Counted from the first letter of the stretch, positions 17,980 through 30,617 are shown. The stretch is DNA of 42,492 bases from a virus (IMGVR_UViG_2645727821_000010:1-42492); one strand, 5' to 3'. A program made the numbers and translations. The notes: generated by a model from the letters alone, not told the origin.

Positions 17980-18621
17980 ATGGATAAGAAAATATGCGTT
18001 GTTTCGATGAGCGTCGGCAAACCGGCGTCAATGACTGCCGCATGGATCAACAATGAGCTGATAATGGCTGAGCGGACCAGCTACCCTGAACGCCGCCGCG
18101 ATATGGAACTCCAGCTGCTGCGCGAATTGCGAGAAAAAGAGGAAAAGGGTTTTATCGTGCTGGTGGAAGAGGAAAACAGCTTTATTACGGGTCGAGTTGG
18201 CCAGCGTGTAAGGTTGCGCGATCCCTTCATGAACGGCAGGCCGGTACTAATTGAAGCAATGCAGATTTACAAGGAGCTGGAACGCCAGAAAGCGATCAAG
18301 TTACCGCGCAAAGAATCCGGCAAATACATCCTCCACCAAAGCATCTTCGATTCCGAACACGACAAAAAAGGCGATGAATTTTTCAACATCAACTGGAGCG
18401 AAATAACGACAGAGCACGTTCTGTCGTTGTTATGCTGCTTCGCAACGGAATATAACAACGTTGCAAGCGCCGACTACATCAGGGCAATGGCTGGAGAAGT
18501 TGAGGCCCGCCAGGAACCATCGTTACTAAGCCCTCTGATTAACATAATTCGCGGAACCCAATGTCTAGCCGACAAGCGAGTTCCTCAAGGCTTACTTACC
18601 GGCAAAGAAAACTATTTATAA
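17980..18621 (+). CDS. mat: Mat-like particle maturation protein (alternative starts at 17833 or 17869)
   Basis: ORF track 17833..18621; ATG at 17980 has AAGGGG upstream; assigned by synteny (after ref), not by recognised sequence. Confidence 0.5.
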   Translation: MDKKICVVSMSVGKPASMTAAWINNELIMAERTSYPERRRDMELQLLRELREKEEKGFIVLVEEENSFITGRVGQRVRLRDPFMNGRPVLIEAMQIYKELERQKAIKLPRKESGKYILHQSIFDSEHDKKGDEFFNINWSEITTEHVLSLLCCFATEYNNVASADYIRAMAGEVEARQEPSLLSPLINIIRGTQCLADKRVPQGLLTGKENYL

Positions 18622-18653
18622 TTAATTACGTCAGTAGCCAATAGAGATTTTTG

Positions 18654-18682
18654 TTGTGGAACAAAAATATATATTTTACAAT
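18654..18682 (+). promoter_or_regulatory. candidate sigma70 promoter for the accessory cassette: -35 TTGTGG (18654-18659), 17-bp spacer, -10 TACAAT (18677-18682)
   Basis: Hexamers and spacing read directly; about 30 bp upstream of the cassette start. Confidence 0.3.
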
Positions 18683-18711
18683 CTAGTAACTTTGGGTGGA
18701 GGATTATTACA

Positions 18712-19752
18712 ATGATGAATATTAAGCCGCTGAAAATTAGGAACAAGGTCATGAAGCCTCATAAAGCATCATTAAACCCTGACCTAACCGCAAGGAATGT
18801 ACTTACATACAGTCATTGGGATTTTGTCGAACTCTGGTTAAAGCGAAACGAAAAAGATGAGGCTCTTTTTTATTGGGAGCAAGCAAAAGTATTTAATCAG
18901 GCGGCCAATGGTTTACCCAACCAATCAGCCCCACTTTTGCACTATTATTCATTCATGAATGCAGTAAAGGCGTTACTTTCATCTCGCAATATAAACTTCA
19001 AACAGCATCATGGTGTTGCTAGGGGTGAAAATGCAGCCCAAATTGATAACTTATCTGATATAAAAGTAAAAATAAAAAATGAGGGTATACTTCCGTCTTT
19101 TTCAAAATATATTGACGGCACCTCTCATGAGGGGGTGTACAATATAAAAAACCTTTTTTCTGGATTGCCATATATTCATCGTACATATTGCCTTACTTAT
19201 GATGTAACTGATGATATATTTATTCCACTGATCGATGCTGAGTTCGTTTTGAATGAGTCAGACAATAGCCTGTTTTTCACTGCGATTTTATCCAAGGATT
19301 TTCGGTTCGACACAGTTTTCGACATTCTACCGCCAGCGTTCGAATTGTTTGAAAGAGAAAAGTACAAAATAAAATCAGTAGAATCATTACTTGATTTTAA
19401 TGAAAATCAATCGTCCAACATGCCGCAATTAACTGAATTTCATCAAAAAATAAGAAGAAATCTTTACTATATCAATGGCGCAGAGACTCTTTGGTATCTC
19501 AAACGTAAAAACAATCAATCTGAGCATACTTCTGTTTCAATATCGCCATTGGTTATAACCCTAGCAGCTATGCATCGATTAAGTGAGCTATGTCGGTATG
19601 ACCCACTTAAGCTAAGACAGTTACTAAATGAAAAAGAAAACTGGATTATTGCTGAATTTATTCAACAATCTCCGTCACAGTTTATAGATGCAATTTCATC
19701 TGAAATTACTGGACACCAATTTCTTATCCCAAACGTAAGGTCTGCTTCTTAA
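18712..19752 (+). CDS. hypothetical protein, 346 aa, first gene of a low-GC accessory cassette; possible R-x6-H motif (R265...H272)
   Basis: ORF track; GGTGGAGGA ribosome-binding site; A/T-rich codon usage unlike the flanking P1 backbone; no family recognised with confidence. Confidence 0.7.
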   Translation: MMNIKPLKIRNKVMKPHKASLNPDLTARNVLTYSHWDFVELWLKRNEKDEALFYWEQAKVFNQAANGLPNQSAPLLHYYSFMNAVKALLSSRNINFKQHHGVARGENAAQIDNLSDIKVKIKNEGILPSFSKYIDGTSHEGVYNIKNLFSGLPYIHRTYCLTYDVTDDIFIPLIDAEFVLNESDNSLFFTAILSKDFRFDTVFDILPPAFELFEREKYKIKSVESLLDFNENQSSNMPQLTEFHQKIRRNLYYINGAETLWYLKRKNNQSEHTSVSISPLVITLAAMHRLSELCRYDPLKLRQLLNEKENWIIAEFIQQSPSQFIDAISSEITGHQFLIPNVRSAS

Positions 19753-20261
19753 TGAATATATATATCGCATGCGCTTTAACTCATGTTCCAAGGGAAATTT
19801 TCCATGAGTACAGTAATTGGATTCACAGCCTTGCAAAAGGTTTATCTCAAAATAACAACGTAAAATATGCTTTGATAAATAGTGACCCAGAATTATCAAA
19901 GCGCCCTGAAAGTAACAAATCTAGACTTTGTTACATTTGGGACAGAGATATGGTTGAGAAATCTGATGTAATAATTGCAGAATGTAGTTTTCCATCAACA
20001 GGGCTAGGAATAGAGTTGCAGATTGCTGAACAGAAGAACATTCCTGTAATCATCTGTTATAAAGATTATGGGATAAATAAAACTAAAACCATTGAATACG
20101 TGAATCCAGATGAGACTACCCATAATCTACAAGTTGGCGAGGGTTTCATTTCTCATATGGTATTAGGACTACCAAACATCCTTGATGTCATATTATGTAA
20201 AGATATTGATAACACATGCAGGAAGCTAAAAATACTGTTAGATATGATTAACCATAATTAA
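19752..20261 (+). CDS. nucleoside 2-deoxyribosyltransferase-like (NDT/DNPH1-type flavodoxin-like fold) protein, 169 aa
   Basis: TAATG translational coupling to the upstream gene; N-terminal NIYIACAL and central SDVIIAECSFPSTGLGIELQIAEQKNIPVI resemble the NDT-family pattern with a candidate catalytic Glu88. Confidence 0.7.
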   Translation: MNIYIACALTHVPREIFHEYSNWIHSLAKGLSQNNNVKYALINSDPELSKRPESNKSRLCYIWDRDMVEKSDVIIAECSFPSTGLGIELQIAEQKNIPVIICYKDYGINKTKTIEYVNPDETTHNLQVGEGFISHMVLGLPNILDVILCKDIDNTCRKLKILLDMINHN

Positions 20262-20291
20262 AAATTAACACCCACTTAAGATGTCTAAACC

Positions 20292-20311
20292 AGCCCGGTA
20301 TTAACCGGGCT
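20292..20311. terminator. hairpin AGCCCGGT-ATTA-ACCGGGCT between the convergent NDT-like gene and lxc
   Basis: 8-bp perfect stem with a 4-nt loop; weak flanking T-tracts. Confidence 0.4.
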
Positions 20312-20319
20312 AGACAAAC

Positions 20320-20568
20320 TTAATCAGCATTCAGGAGCAATGCATTATCTATGATGATTTGCTCCCATTCTTCGAATGCCCGGTCGCGGACGCCCTGGGG
20401 AACGCTGTTAGTTTTGAAATCGACGACCGTACGCCATTTCCCGTCCGGGCGGTACATGCGCAGAGCTTTACTTCCCCCTTCCCTGCGCACCTCAACGTTA
20501 TGCTTATCAGCAAACTCTTGTAATGCTCGTAGCGTCCCATGCTTTACTGTGTAGTATCGCTTTTTCAA
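20320..20568 (-). CDS. lxc: Lxc/Bof-like modulator of C1 repression, 82 aa, TTG start
   Basis: Size and position downstream of ulx and darB, as in P1; the start codon read from the sequence is TTG. Confidence 0.7.
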   Translation of the reverse strand: MKKRYYTVKHGTLRALQEFADKHNVEVRREGGSKALRMYRPDGKWRTVVDFKTNSVPQGVRDRAFEEWEQIIIDNALLLNAD

Positions 20569-21005
20569 GTTTTCTCTCCAGCCTGTGCCAAGGCTTCAAC
20601 TTCCAAATCGTAAGACTCAAACTCATAGTCCTGGTCGTCAACTTCTTCAGGCACTGGCAGTAAATGCCAGGCTGAGTATATCTGACCATTATCAAAACGC
20701 TCCTGGCTGTAGAGCGTCGCGGCTATGAGTGTTAGCGCCGGGCGGTCATAACGGTAAATTTTGCGAACGTCACGGTCAACGAGACGACCGAAATTACCAT
20801 AACCGCGCTCCAGTAATAATTTTTTAATTTCCGGCCAGTATGGACCATAGCTGCGGTACAGGCGGGGATTTTTCAGTAATCGCCCGCGTAGCCCTGACAG
20901 GAAGAAATCAACGTATTCGTCTTCTGTCTTTCCTAACAACGCTGTACGGAGTACCGCCTCAAGATATGTTTTATTCGGTTTTATTGTATCAGATAGTGTG
21001 GCCAT
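20565..21005 (-). CDS. ulx: Ulx-like protein, 146 aa
   Basis: Position between darB and lxc, as in P1; overlaps the lxc start. Confidence 0.6.
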   Translation of the reverse strand: MATLSDTIKPNKTYLEAVLRTALLGKTEDEYVDFFLSGLRGRLLKNPRLYRSYGPYWPEIKKLLLERGYGNFGRLVDRDVRKIYRYDRPALTLIAATLYSQERFDNGQIYSAWHLLPVPEEVDDQDYEFESYDLEVEALAQAGEKT

Positions 21006-21038
21006 ATTATGCGACGCCCGGCGAACCGGGCGCTCCTG

Positions 21039-24000
21039 TTATGCGTATTGTTGGATGACGGCCAGAACGTCCGCCACGTTGTGTTTTGTCTCGATAATCC
21101 ACCAGTTACCTGGGAAGTCGCTGTTCTTCGCCTTCGCTGGCAACCAGCGAGCGCCGAATTTCGCCTTGATTGCGTCTTTCGCACGGAAAAGAACCCCTTT
21201 CATGCCGGAGGCTTCCTGAAGCCCAAATACCTCGCCAGCGGCGAATTTTGGTGCGTACATCATCTTCAGGTCGGCGGTGGATACGCGATAATTCAGACCA
21301 AGAGACTGAGCTATGCTGGTGGCATCACCCTGTATTGATGATAACTCTTCTTGTTTCTCGTTTCTGGCAGCAATTTCTTCCTCCGTGATGTTGCCAAGGG
21401 CCAGGTTTATCCGATCAGCGTCTGCCTGTTTCTCTTCATCGGTGCGCCCGGCAAGTACCGTGTTAATTCTGTGCAATATCTCCACATGATTCTTGCGCAT
21501 GCTGAGCAATTCCGGCGTAACCTCGTTAAGGTCCACCAGCCCAAGGATGGCAAGGTCGGTAAACATTGATACCAGGTTGTAGGTCATGCGATAGCTGAGT
21601 TGCCCATAGGCTGATGGCAACTGCACCGCATCCATTTTATAGGCATCCATAAATTTAGAGCCGTCGTTTACGACATCCGCAATTGCCGGTGTGATTTTTC
21701 CTGTGGTGGCGGCCTCCCTGATTGCTGTTACCCACGATTGAGTCAGCGCGGCGACTGCATGATTCAGATTGACTTTCCGTTCTGCTGCAATGCGCGCGCT
21801 TGCTGCGTCCATTGCCTGCTTGATCTCGTCTTTATTGCTGTAAATGCCAATGGTGCCAAACTGTGCTGTGGTGATCTCATAATCTGACGCCCGGAACTCA
21901 TTGGTACCGAAAATGGCATTGGTGACTTCAAGTTCAGAATCCCCGTTACGAGTAGCCCCCTGGCTTGTTTTCTCCGGCATTCTGGCGATCGCATCCGCTA
22001 TTTTCTCCTGAATTGCTTCAGGGGATAGCGTATCTCCGTATGACGCGATTACATCGCCATAATTGGAGCCAAACAGTTCAACCAGGAATGCTTCTGCCGA
22101 ACGGATCTGGCGGTTATTCCCTTCCGACATCATACCAAGCACCCATTTTGCAATTGACGACTTCAGCGCGCCGTCACGGCGATCCGGGTAAACCGCATGC
22201 TTCAGTGGGTCCGTATAGGTACCAACAAAATCAATGCTATAGCCTGACTCTGTAGTCTGAACGCCGTATGAGTCAGTGATTTTGATCATGCCGCGCTGCT
22301 GGAAACGGTAGAAATCGTCACAGGAAACGATGTCGTTAATCCCGGCGATGGAGACGCCACCACTGATTTTCTGCATAACAGCATCTTCATCGGGAGTTAC
22401 ATCAACCTGTTTATCCAGCGTCTTCACATCCCAGTTACCAGATTTGGTGCCTTTGAAGGTGAAGATGATCTCCACGTCTGCGCGCTGGCTGTCGAAGTCC
22501 AGCGACTTAATGCGAACGATATCACCGGCACAATCGTAGTATTGGCCTACACGCCATGAGCGATCGCCGATAACAAGGAACTCACTCGCATGGTTAACCA
22601 GGTCAGGATCAACATCCAGAATGCCTTTATTTAATGCATCCTCCACCAGCGGGCGCAGGCGTTTGATATCCGTCGCGGCCTTCTGAGTACGGTTCAATAA
22701 TTTCTCATAGCGGGAGATGGCTTGAGAGATATTAGCCTTGCGCTGAATGGCGCTTTTCAACGACGCGCGATACTGTGCTAACAACATACGGTCTGTGTGA
22801 TGGACACTCCCCCAGCGTGCCTTCCAGTCTGCGTTATCCGCTGCCTTGGCCATTGCCGCCTGTTTGAATTTAGCTACCTCGGCGGTGGTCTTTTCAAGTT
22901 CCGCTTTGCTTCGCTCTAATTCAGCGGTAAGCACCTCCACATCCTCACCAGCTGCGTGCTGCGCCTTGATGTAGTTCTGAAGGTCGATAGTAGCCTGTTC
23001 TTTCTGGCGAGCGCGTTGCGCGGCTTTCGCCTTATCCATTTGAACCTGCATCATTGCCAGACGTTCGCCATCATCCTTAGCGGTATACATCTGCATTTCG
23101 ATCATATCGTTGGCGTCGGCGTTCTCCATTTCTGACTTATCTGAACGGAGGATATCGGAGATCCAGCCTGCTTTACGCTTCAGCGTCTTCAGTCGGTATT
23201 CATCGAAAGAACCCTTGCCGCAGTAGTAGTGAACGCGAACGCTTGCACGGTTGGAGCCAACTCGGGCACCGCGACCGTTTCGTTGCGCAATACTGGCTGG
23301 AGTCCATGGCAACGTCAGATGATGGATGTCAGTCGTTCCTCGATGCAGGTTGATACCCACCTCTGCCTTTTTGTTGCAGATGATGATCGGAGTCCGGCCC
23401 TCCTGGAAGTCGGCTGCAATCTTTTCCAGACCGCCCAACGACATTTCATTTTGCTGCGCGATATAGGCGTCATACAGAGCCATTTGCTCGTTGTATTTCG
23501 CTATCTGTGCATCTGTTGGTTCATCCGGTAACTCTTTCGGCGGTTTAACCGCTTTCAGTTTCTTACCGGTTTTACCTGCCTCGGCAACCGTCTGAGCATT
23601 CAGTATCCCCACCTTTGAAGGTTCAAGGTTAAGAGCATTGCAGATAATGCGCTTGAGCTTCTGGTGCTGCGTTTTTTCATCGGTGAAGATGATTTGCTTA
23701 CCTTCCGGGAAAAACTCCTTCAGCGTGGCAATCAGCTTCGCGTATTTGGGCGTAACGGGGTGAGTTACGGTCTGTTCGTCAATGCCAAACCTGGCCAGGC
23801 GCTTATTCACTTCCTGCTCGAACGCTTCCGGAACCTGCAACTGAATAAACTCGCCCTTATCTATCAGGGAGTATTGCGATTGCTGCGTGATTGAATCATC
23901 ACTGTCGTCGTCTTCGCTGGTGGCTTGTTTAGGCAAACTGTCTGCCAGCTGCTGCACCGCATCGGCGTACTCCGGCAGGAAACGATAGGTGATCCGGCGA

Positions 24001-27000
24001 TAGTACAGGTCCATGTCAGTACATACGCGGTCCATATCCCTGATTATTGAGAAGATCGGACGGGCTTTCTCGTGCTCAATCACGCCGTCTTCATTGACCG
24101 AGGTCGTTACACCATTGTTGGCTTTGGCCGCCGCTTCCGCCTGCTGACGCAATTCTTCATACGCCGCCAGTTGTTCTTCAGTAAGTGGTGCATCCTGCTG
24201 GTGTTCGTCCAGTTCCGGGATCTCCACGGTATCCTTAACGTCTTCCGCCGTTTTAAGCGTTGTCCAGCGATGGAATATGCCGCGCAGCGCATCAAGGTTT
24301 TCAAAACCCACCAGCGCCATTTTTTCTTCAACTTCGCCGCTGATTTTCTGTACCGTTTCCAGCCTGGTCTTGCCGAAGAATTTTACGAAGTCATCAGGAC
24401 TGTAGATCCCCATCTTCTGCCAGTATTCCTTCGGCAGAACATGAGAAAGCATGTTGTATGCATCGATCGGGGTGTTAACGACTGGTGTTGCAGTCAGGAG
24501 AACCGGTCCGCGCCCGCCATTCTTTTTCATCAAGTACGCGTTTTTGATTGCCATATCTCGCGCCGATTGCGCCACCGCGCTGGTGGGCAGATAGGCCAGC
24601 TGTGACGCTTCGCGACCATTTTTATAGCTATTGCGGTAGTTGTGGCCTTCGTCAGCAATCACGCTGTCGAAGCCCATATCCTCAAAGTACGGATACTTCT
24701 CTGCTTTTTCGGTACCGGTATCTGAATACTCCGACAATACCCGGCGACGCGCCGCCTCTTTGCGGTGGGAGTCGGAGTCCATTGCGCTGGCTACGCGCCC
24801 GGCGGCAACGAAGTCATAAAGCATGTCTTGTGCATGCTCATCTACGGTGTCATCACGTAGCGGAATGCGGGCGTATTGTTCTTTGGTAAACACGACTGCA
24901 CGGTAATTTGAGTGCGGGATCGCGTTCATCCGCGCCGTGATAGTGGCTTCATCTGCCAGCTTAAGAGCATCGCGCATAACTGGAGTGCCATCAGTACCAA
25001 GAACAGGTTTACCGTTCTCATTGAGCACCGGCACCTGGCGAATCTGATCGCCATCCATCAGCACATCAAGACCGACGAACAAGTAGTTACTGAATGCCTC
25101 TTCACTCAGGAATTCTTTTGCTTCGTAATACCAATTTTCCAGCACTGATTTAGGCACTACATACGCAGTACGGGTGGAGCGACCGTTCTCATAGTTGAAC
25201 GCCTCAAGCGCCAGCGCGGTCGTGGTTTTACCCAGCCCGGTGCCGAAGCCCAGGATGCCGCGCCCATCTTCGGACAGTCGGCGCACCTCGCTATTCTGGT
25301 AATCAAATGGCTGGCGCTTACCGCTTAATCCCTTCAACCCAAGCGGATCGCCAGAGTGTTCATACGGGATATTGCTATTGAACACATCGTTGTATTTGGC
25401 AACCAGCTCATCGTAGCGATCGTGCGTCTTGATCCACTTATTGAACTGGTCCTCAAGCAGTGCCATCTGCTCGCGGTAGCCGTTCGCCGTCGCGCTATCT
25501 TTGCCACCGATACGCGCACCATTGAGATACTTTTCCAGCTGTGCCGGGAACCCGGTCGCGTTTTCACCTGATTTACGGTCCCACTCGTAGCGAATCTCAC
25601 CTGTTTCTTTATCCTTGCGCTGGACGACACCGTATCGGTGCCCGACGAACAGACCATCACCACCGTGATAGGTGTCAGAAACCATTTCGTCGCCTTCCAG
25701 CTGCACTGACTGCACATAGCGCAGATCCGGATAGCCGTTTTCCTGCAAAAATTCCAGAATGACGGAACGGTCGAACCAACGGCTATTGAGCTTAAACCGG
25801 ATATTCTCTGCTGGCGTCTTGATGCGCTTCTCTTCGATAGCTGCCAGCTGATTAAGGACGTTGTTCTTTACTGGACCGTCGGGGAGTGTGGCGAGGAATT
25901 CCTGTTTTGGAGCCACTATCTCGTTAATGTCGCCGCTGGTGGCGCGGGCGAACGGAACAATCCCGCCATACGGTGAAACCGCAATACCAGGGGTGCTGGC
26001 CAATAAATTAAGCAACTCTTCATCACTGGCTGGCAGTTCGCCGGTAAACGCAAGGCGGAAATCATCGAGCTGGATTGGATCGCGGGGGAGATCGCTATAG
26101 AGATAACGCAGGGTGTCCTGATAGCTGGTGGAGTCATAACTTGCGCTGGAATCATGCGTAACCAGCTTCCCTGTCAGCTCGTCAGAAATAGTGCCATCCA
26201 GCTTAATTGCACCACGGAAAGCAAACCAGGCGCGCGCACCGCTCCCCGACAATTTCGCTATCGGACCGCGACCGGGGTTACCAAAACGGTCAATCTCTGC
26301 CTGCAAACGGGATACCAGAGAAAGGCGCTGCTGTTCGATTTGTTCAGCACTATGCCCGGCGGCCTTCATGTCCTGATATTCAATTAACATCCGGCCAATC
26401 ATCGCCCCGCGATACAAGCGTTCACGGTATTTTTCAGGCTGGCTGTTAATCCAGTCCACCAGCTGCACCATATCGTCGCTGATTGATGTGGTGTACTTAT
26501 CGCGGACATTTGCCATCTGGGTAAATGTCATGCCGAGACGGCCTTCTGTTGTAGTCAGGTTACGCTGAAGAGCCTCCCAGCTATCCGCGCCATAACTGGC
26601 AGCATCGATCTTAAGTTCCTTCCCGGCATCAGCTTCAATCCAGCGACCACCAGCATATTTTTGCCATACGCCATTAATCAGGCGCATTTCCCCTTCACCA
26701 ACAACGTCTGCGGTCGGTGACGGTTCAGCCATATCGAGCAAAGACCAGTCGATACGGCTTTCGAAACGATGAATCAGCTTCGCTTTAAGAGCCTGGTTAT
26801 CAATCTGACCGTCGGCACGAACCTCAATACGCCCCTGGAAGCCCTTTTCCTGGGTGCCATGAACAAACCGGCGGCCGTCCTTTTCAAACCACTTGCCAGA
26901 AATAAACGTTGGCCAAAGCACATTTGCCGATTCGAGAGTGCTTTCATCCACCAGGGGGATTTTCTCAGCCATCTCTGCCGGATGTTTGCGCATCAGCACC

Positions 27001-27806
27001 ACATCAACAACTGTACTGGTCCCGTTTGCGTCAAAAGTACCGGTAGGCAAGCGGTGGGCACCAAGAAATTCAGCTTTCCGTGATAGGCGCAGGCGTAACC
27101 GCTTCATGTTTGAACCTGAAACAATGGACGGCGGCACAATCACGCACATGAATCCGCCTGGCTTTATCTTGTCCAGCATGCGGAGCATGAAGTAAGAACC
27201 CATGTCCGTTTCTTCTGCGTAAGGCTTATCGATGTTGCGTGTGTTATCACGACCACCGAACGGAACGTTACCCACAACATGGTCGAATGAATCGTTAGGC
27301 GTGCTTACAGCCAGTTGTTCGAACGGAGAAATCTGTACGCTGTCTTCCGGGTGCAACAGCTGGTTTATACGACCGGAAACACTGCTGATCTCAGTCGCGG
27401 TCATCACCGTACCAACCGGTTTTGTCTCATTAAAAACGCCGGTTCCCGCCGATGGTTCCAGAGTGTTACCTACGTCCGCGCCGTAGAGCTTCATGATCTC
27501 CCAGACACCTTCAGCGATCGGCTTTGGTGTGTAATATTCGGAGACGGACCCGCCAATGCCGCCTTCGCCGGTGTACCCAGCCAGGATCTGGCGCTGTTCA
27601 TCTGTCAGTGTCGCGCCGTCCACCAGCGAATTAAGCAAATCTATCGCCTTCTGATTCGCCTCCCGGCGTAGTCGGTCATAGCTTTTGCCTTCCACCTTTT
27701 CCACGCCGTATCTAATCGGCGCTCGGTGAGATGTTATTGCACTAATGTATTTCAATATTTCGCTGACACTTGAACAGCGAAACACCCCCATAGATAGCTT
27801 GTTCAT
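21039..27806 (-). CDS. darB: DarB, defence against restriction protein B (methyltransferase-helicase), 2255 aa
   Basis: Single 6.8-kb ORF; size matches P1 DarB as I recall it; AAGGA ribosome-binding site. Confidence 0.9.
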   Translation of the reverse strand: MNKLSMGVFRCSSVSEILKYISAITSHRAPIRYGVEKVEGKSYDRLRREANQKAIDLLNSLVDGATLTDEQRQILAGYTGEGGIGGSVSEYYTPKPIAEGVWEIMKLYGADVGNTLEPSAGTGVFNETKPVGTVMTATEISSVSGRINQLLHPEDSVQISPFEQLAVSTPNDSFDHVVGNVPFGGRDNTRNIDKPYAEETDMGSYFMLRMLDKIKPGGFMCVIVPPSIVSGSNMKRLRLRLSRKAEFLGAHRLPTGTFDANGTSTVVDVVLMRKHPAEMAEKIPLVDESTLESANVLWPTFISGKWFEKDGRRFVHGTQEKGFQGRIEVRADGQIDNQALKAKLIHRFESRIDWSLLDMAEPSPTADVVGEGEMRLINGVWQKYAGGRWIEADAGKELKIDAASYGADSWEALQRNLTTTEGRLGMTFTQMANVRDKYTTSISDDMVQLVDWINSQPEKYRERLYRGAMIGRMLIEYQDMKAAGHSAEQIEQQRLSLVSRLQAEIDRFGNPGRGPIAKLSGSGARAWFAFRGAIKLDGTISDELTGKLVTHDSSASYDSTSYQDTLRYLYSDLPRDPIQLDDFRLAFTGELPASDEELLNLLASTPGIAVSPYGGIVPFARATSGDINEIVAPKQEFLATLPDGPVKNNVLNQLAAIEEKRIKTPAENIRFKLNSRWFDRSVILEFLQENGYPDLRYVQSVQLEGDEMVSDTYHGGDGLFVGHRYGVVQRKDKETGEIRYEWDRKSGENATGFPAQLEKYLNGARIGGKDSATANGYREQMALLEDQFNKWIKTHDRYDELVAKYNDVFNSNIPYEHSGDPLGLKGLSGKRQPFDYQNSEVRRLSEDGRGILGFGTGLGKTTTALALEAFNYENGRSTRTAYVVPKSVLENWYYEAKEFLSEEAFSNYLFVGLDVLMDGDQIRQVPVLNENGKPVLGTDGTPVMRDALKLADEATITARMNAIPHSNYRAVVFTKEQYARIPLRDDTVDEHAQDMLYDFVAAGRVASAMDSDSHRKEAARRRVLSEYSDTGTEKAEKYPYFEDMGFDSVIADEGHNYRNSYKNGREASQLAYLPTSAVAQSARDMAIKNAYLMKKNGGRGPVLLTATPVVNTPIDAYNMLSHVLPKEYWQKMGIYSPDDFVKFFGKTRLETVQKISGEVEEKMALVGFENLDALRGIFHRWTTLKTAEDVKDTVEIPELDEHQQDAPLTEEQLAAYEELRQQAEAAAKANNGVTTSVNEDGVIEHEKARPIFSIIRDMDRVCTDMDLYYRRITYRFLPEYADAVQQLADSLPKQATSEDDDSDDSITQQSQYSLIDKGEFIQLQVPEAFEQEVNKRLARFGIDEQTVTHPVTPKYAKLIATLKEFFPEGKQIIFTDEKTQHQKLKRIICNALNLEPSKVGILNAQTVAEAGKTGKKLKAVKPPKELPDEPTDAQIAKYNEQMALYDAYIAQQNEMSLGGLEKIAADFQEGRTPIIICNKKAEVGINLHRGTTDIHHLTLPWTPASIAQRNGRGARVGSNRASVRVHYYCGKGSFDEYRLKTLKRKAGWISDILRSDKSEMENADANDMIEMQMYTAKDDGERLAMMQVQMDKAKAAQRARQKEQATIDLQNYIKAQHAAGEDVEVLTAELERSKAELEKTTAEVAKFKQAAMAKAADNADWKARWGSVHHTDRMLLAQYRASLKSAIQRKANISQAISRYEKLLNRTQKAATDIKRLRPLVEDALNKGILDVDPDLVNHASEFLVIGDRSWRVGQYYDCAGDIVRIKSLDFDSQRADVEIIFTFKGTKSGNWDVKTLDKQVDVTPDEDAVMQKISGGVSIAGINDIVSCDDFYRFQQRGMIKITDSYGVQTTESGYSIDFVGTYTDPLKHAVYPDRRDGALKSSIAKWVLGMMSEGNNRQIRSAEAFLVELFGSNYGDVIASYGDTLSPEAIQEKIADAIARMPEKTSQGATRNGDSELEVTNAIFGTNEFRASDYEITTAQFGTIGIYSNKDEIKQAMDAASARIAAERKVNLNHAVAALTQSWVTAIREAATTGKITPAIADVVNDGSKFMDAYKMDAVQLPSAYGQLSYRMTYNLVSMFTDLAILGLVDLNEVTPELLSMRKNHVEILHRINTVLAGRTDEEKQADADRINLALGNITEEEIAARNEKQEELSSIQGDATSIAQSLGLNYRVSTADLKMMYAPKFAAGEVFGLQEASGMKGVLFRAKDAIKAKFGARWLPAKAKNSDFPGNWWIIETKHNVADVLAVIQQYA

Positions 27807-27815
27807 TGGTAATCC

Positions 27816-27836
27816 TTAACAAGTGACTAGTGTTAA
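27816..27836 (+). promoter_or_regulatory. late-promoter-like element TTAACAAGTGACTAGTGTTAA in the darB-prt divergent region
   Basis: 6-bp inverted repeat TTAACA/TGTTAA around an AGTGACTAG core, about 50 bp upstream of prt. Confidence 0.45.
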
Positions 27837-27873
27837 ATTTCCGTTCAAACACGATGCGAATTATTCTAATTAA

Positions 27874-30604
<2,731 letters not shown>

Positions 30605-30617
30605 CCACCAAAAATAA

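Noticed and set aside
21170-27671. Numerous plus-strand ORFs of 60-180 aa inside the darB coding region (for example 24072..24605, 27883-adjacent frames, 25356..25571).
   Set aside because: They lie antisense to, or out of frame with, a single continuous 2255-codon gene and have no ribosome-binding sites; they are shadow ORFs.
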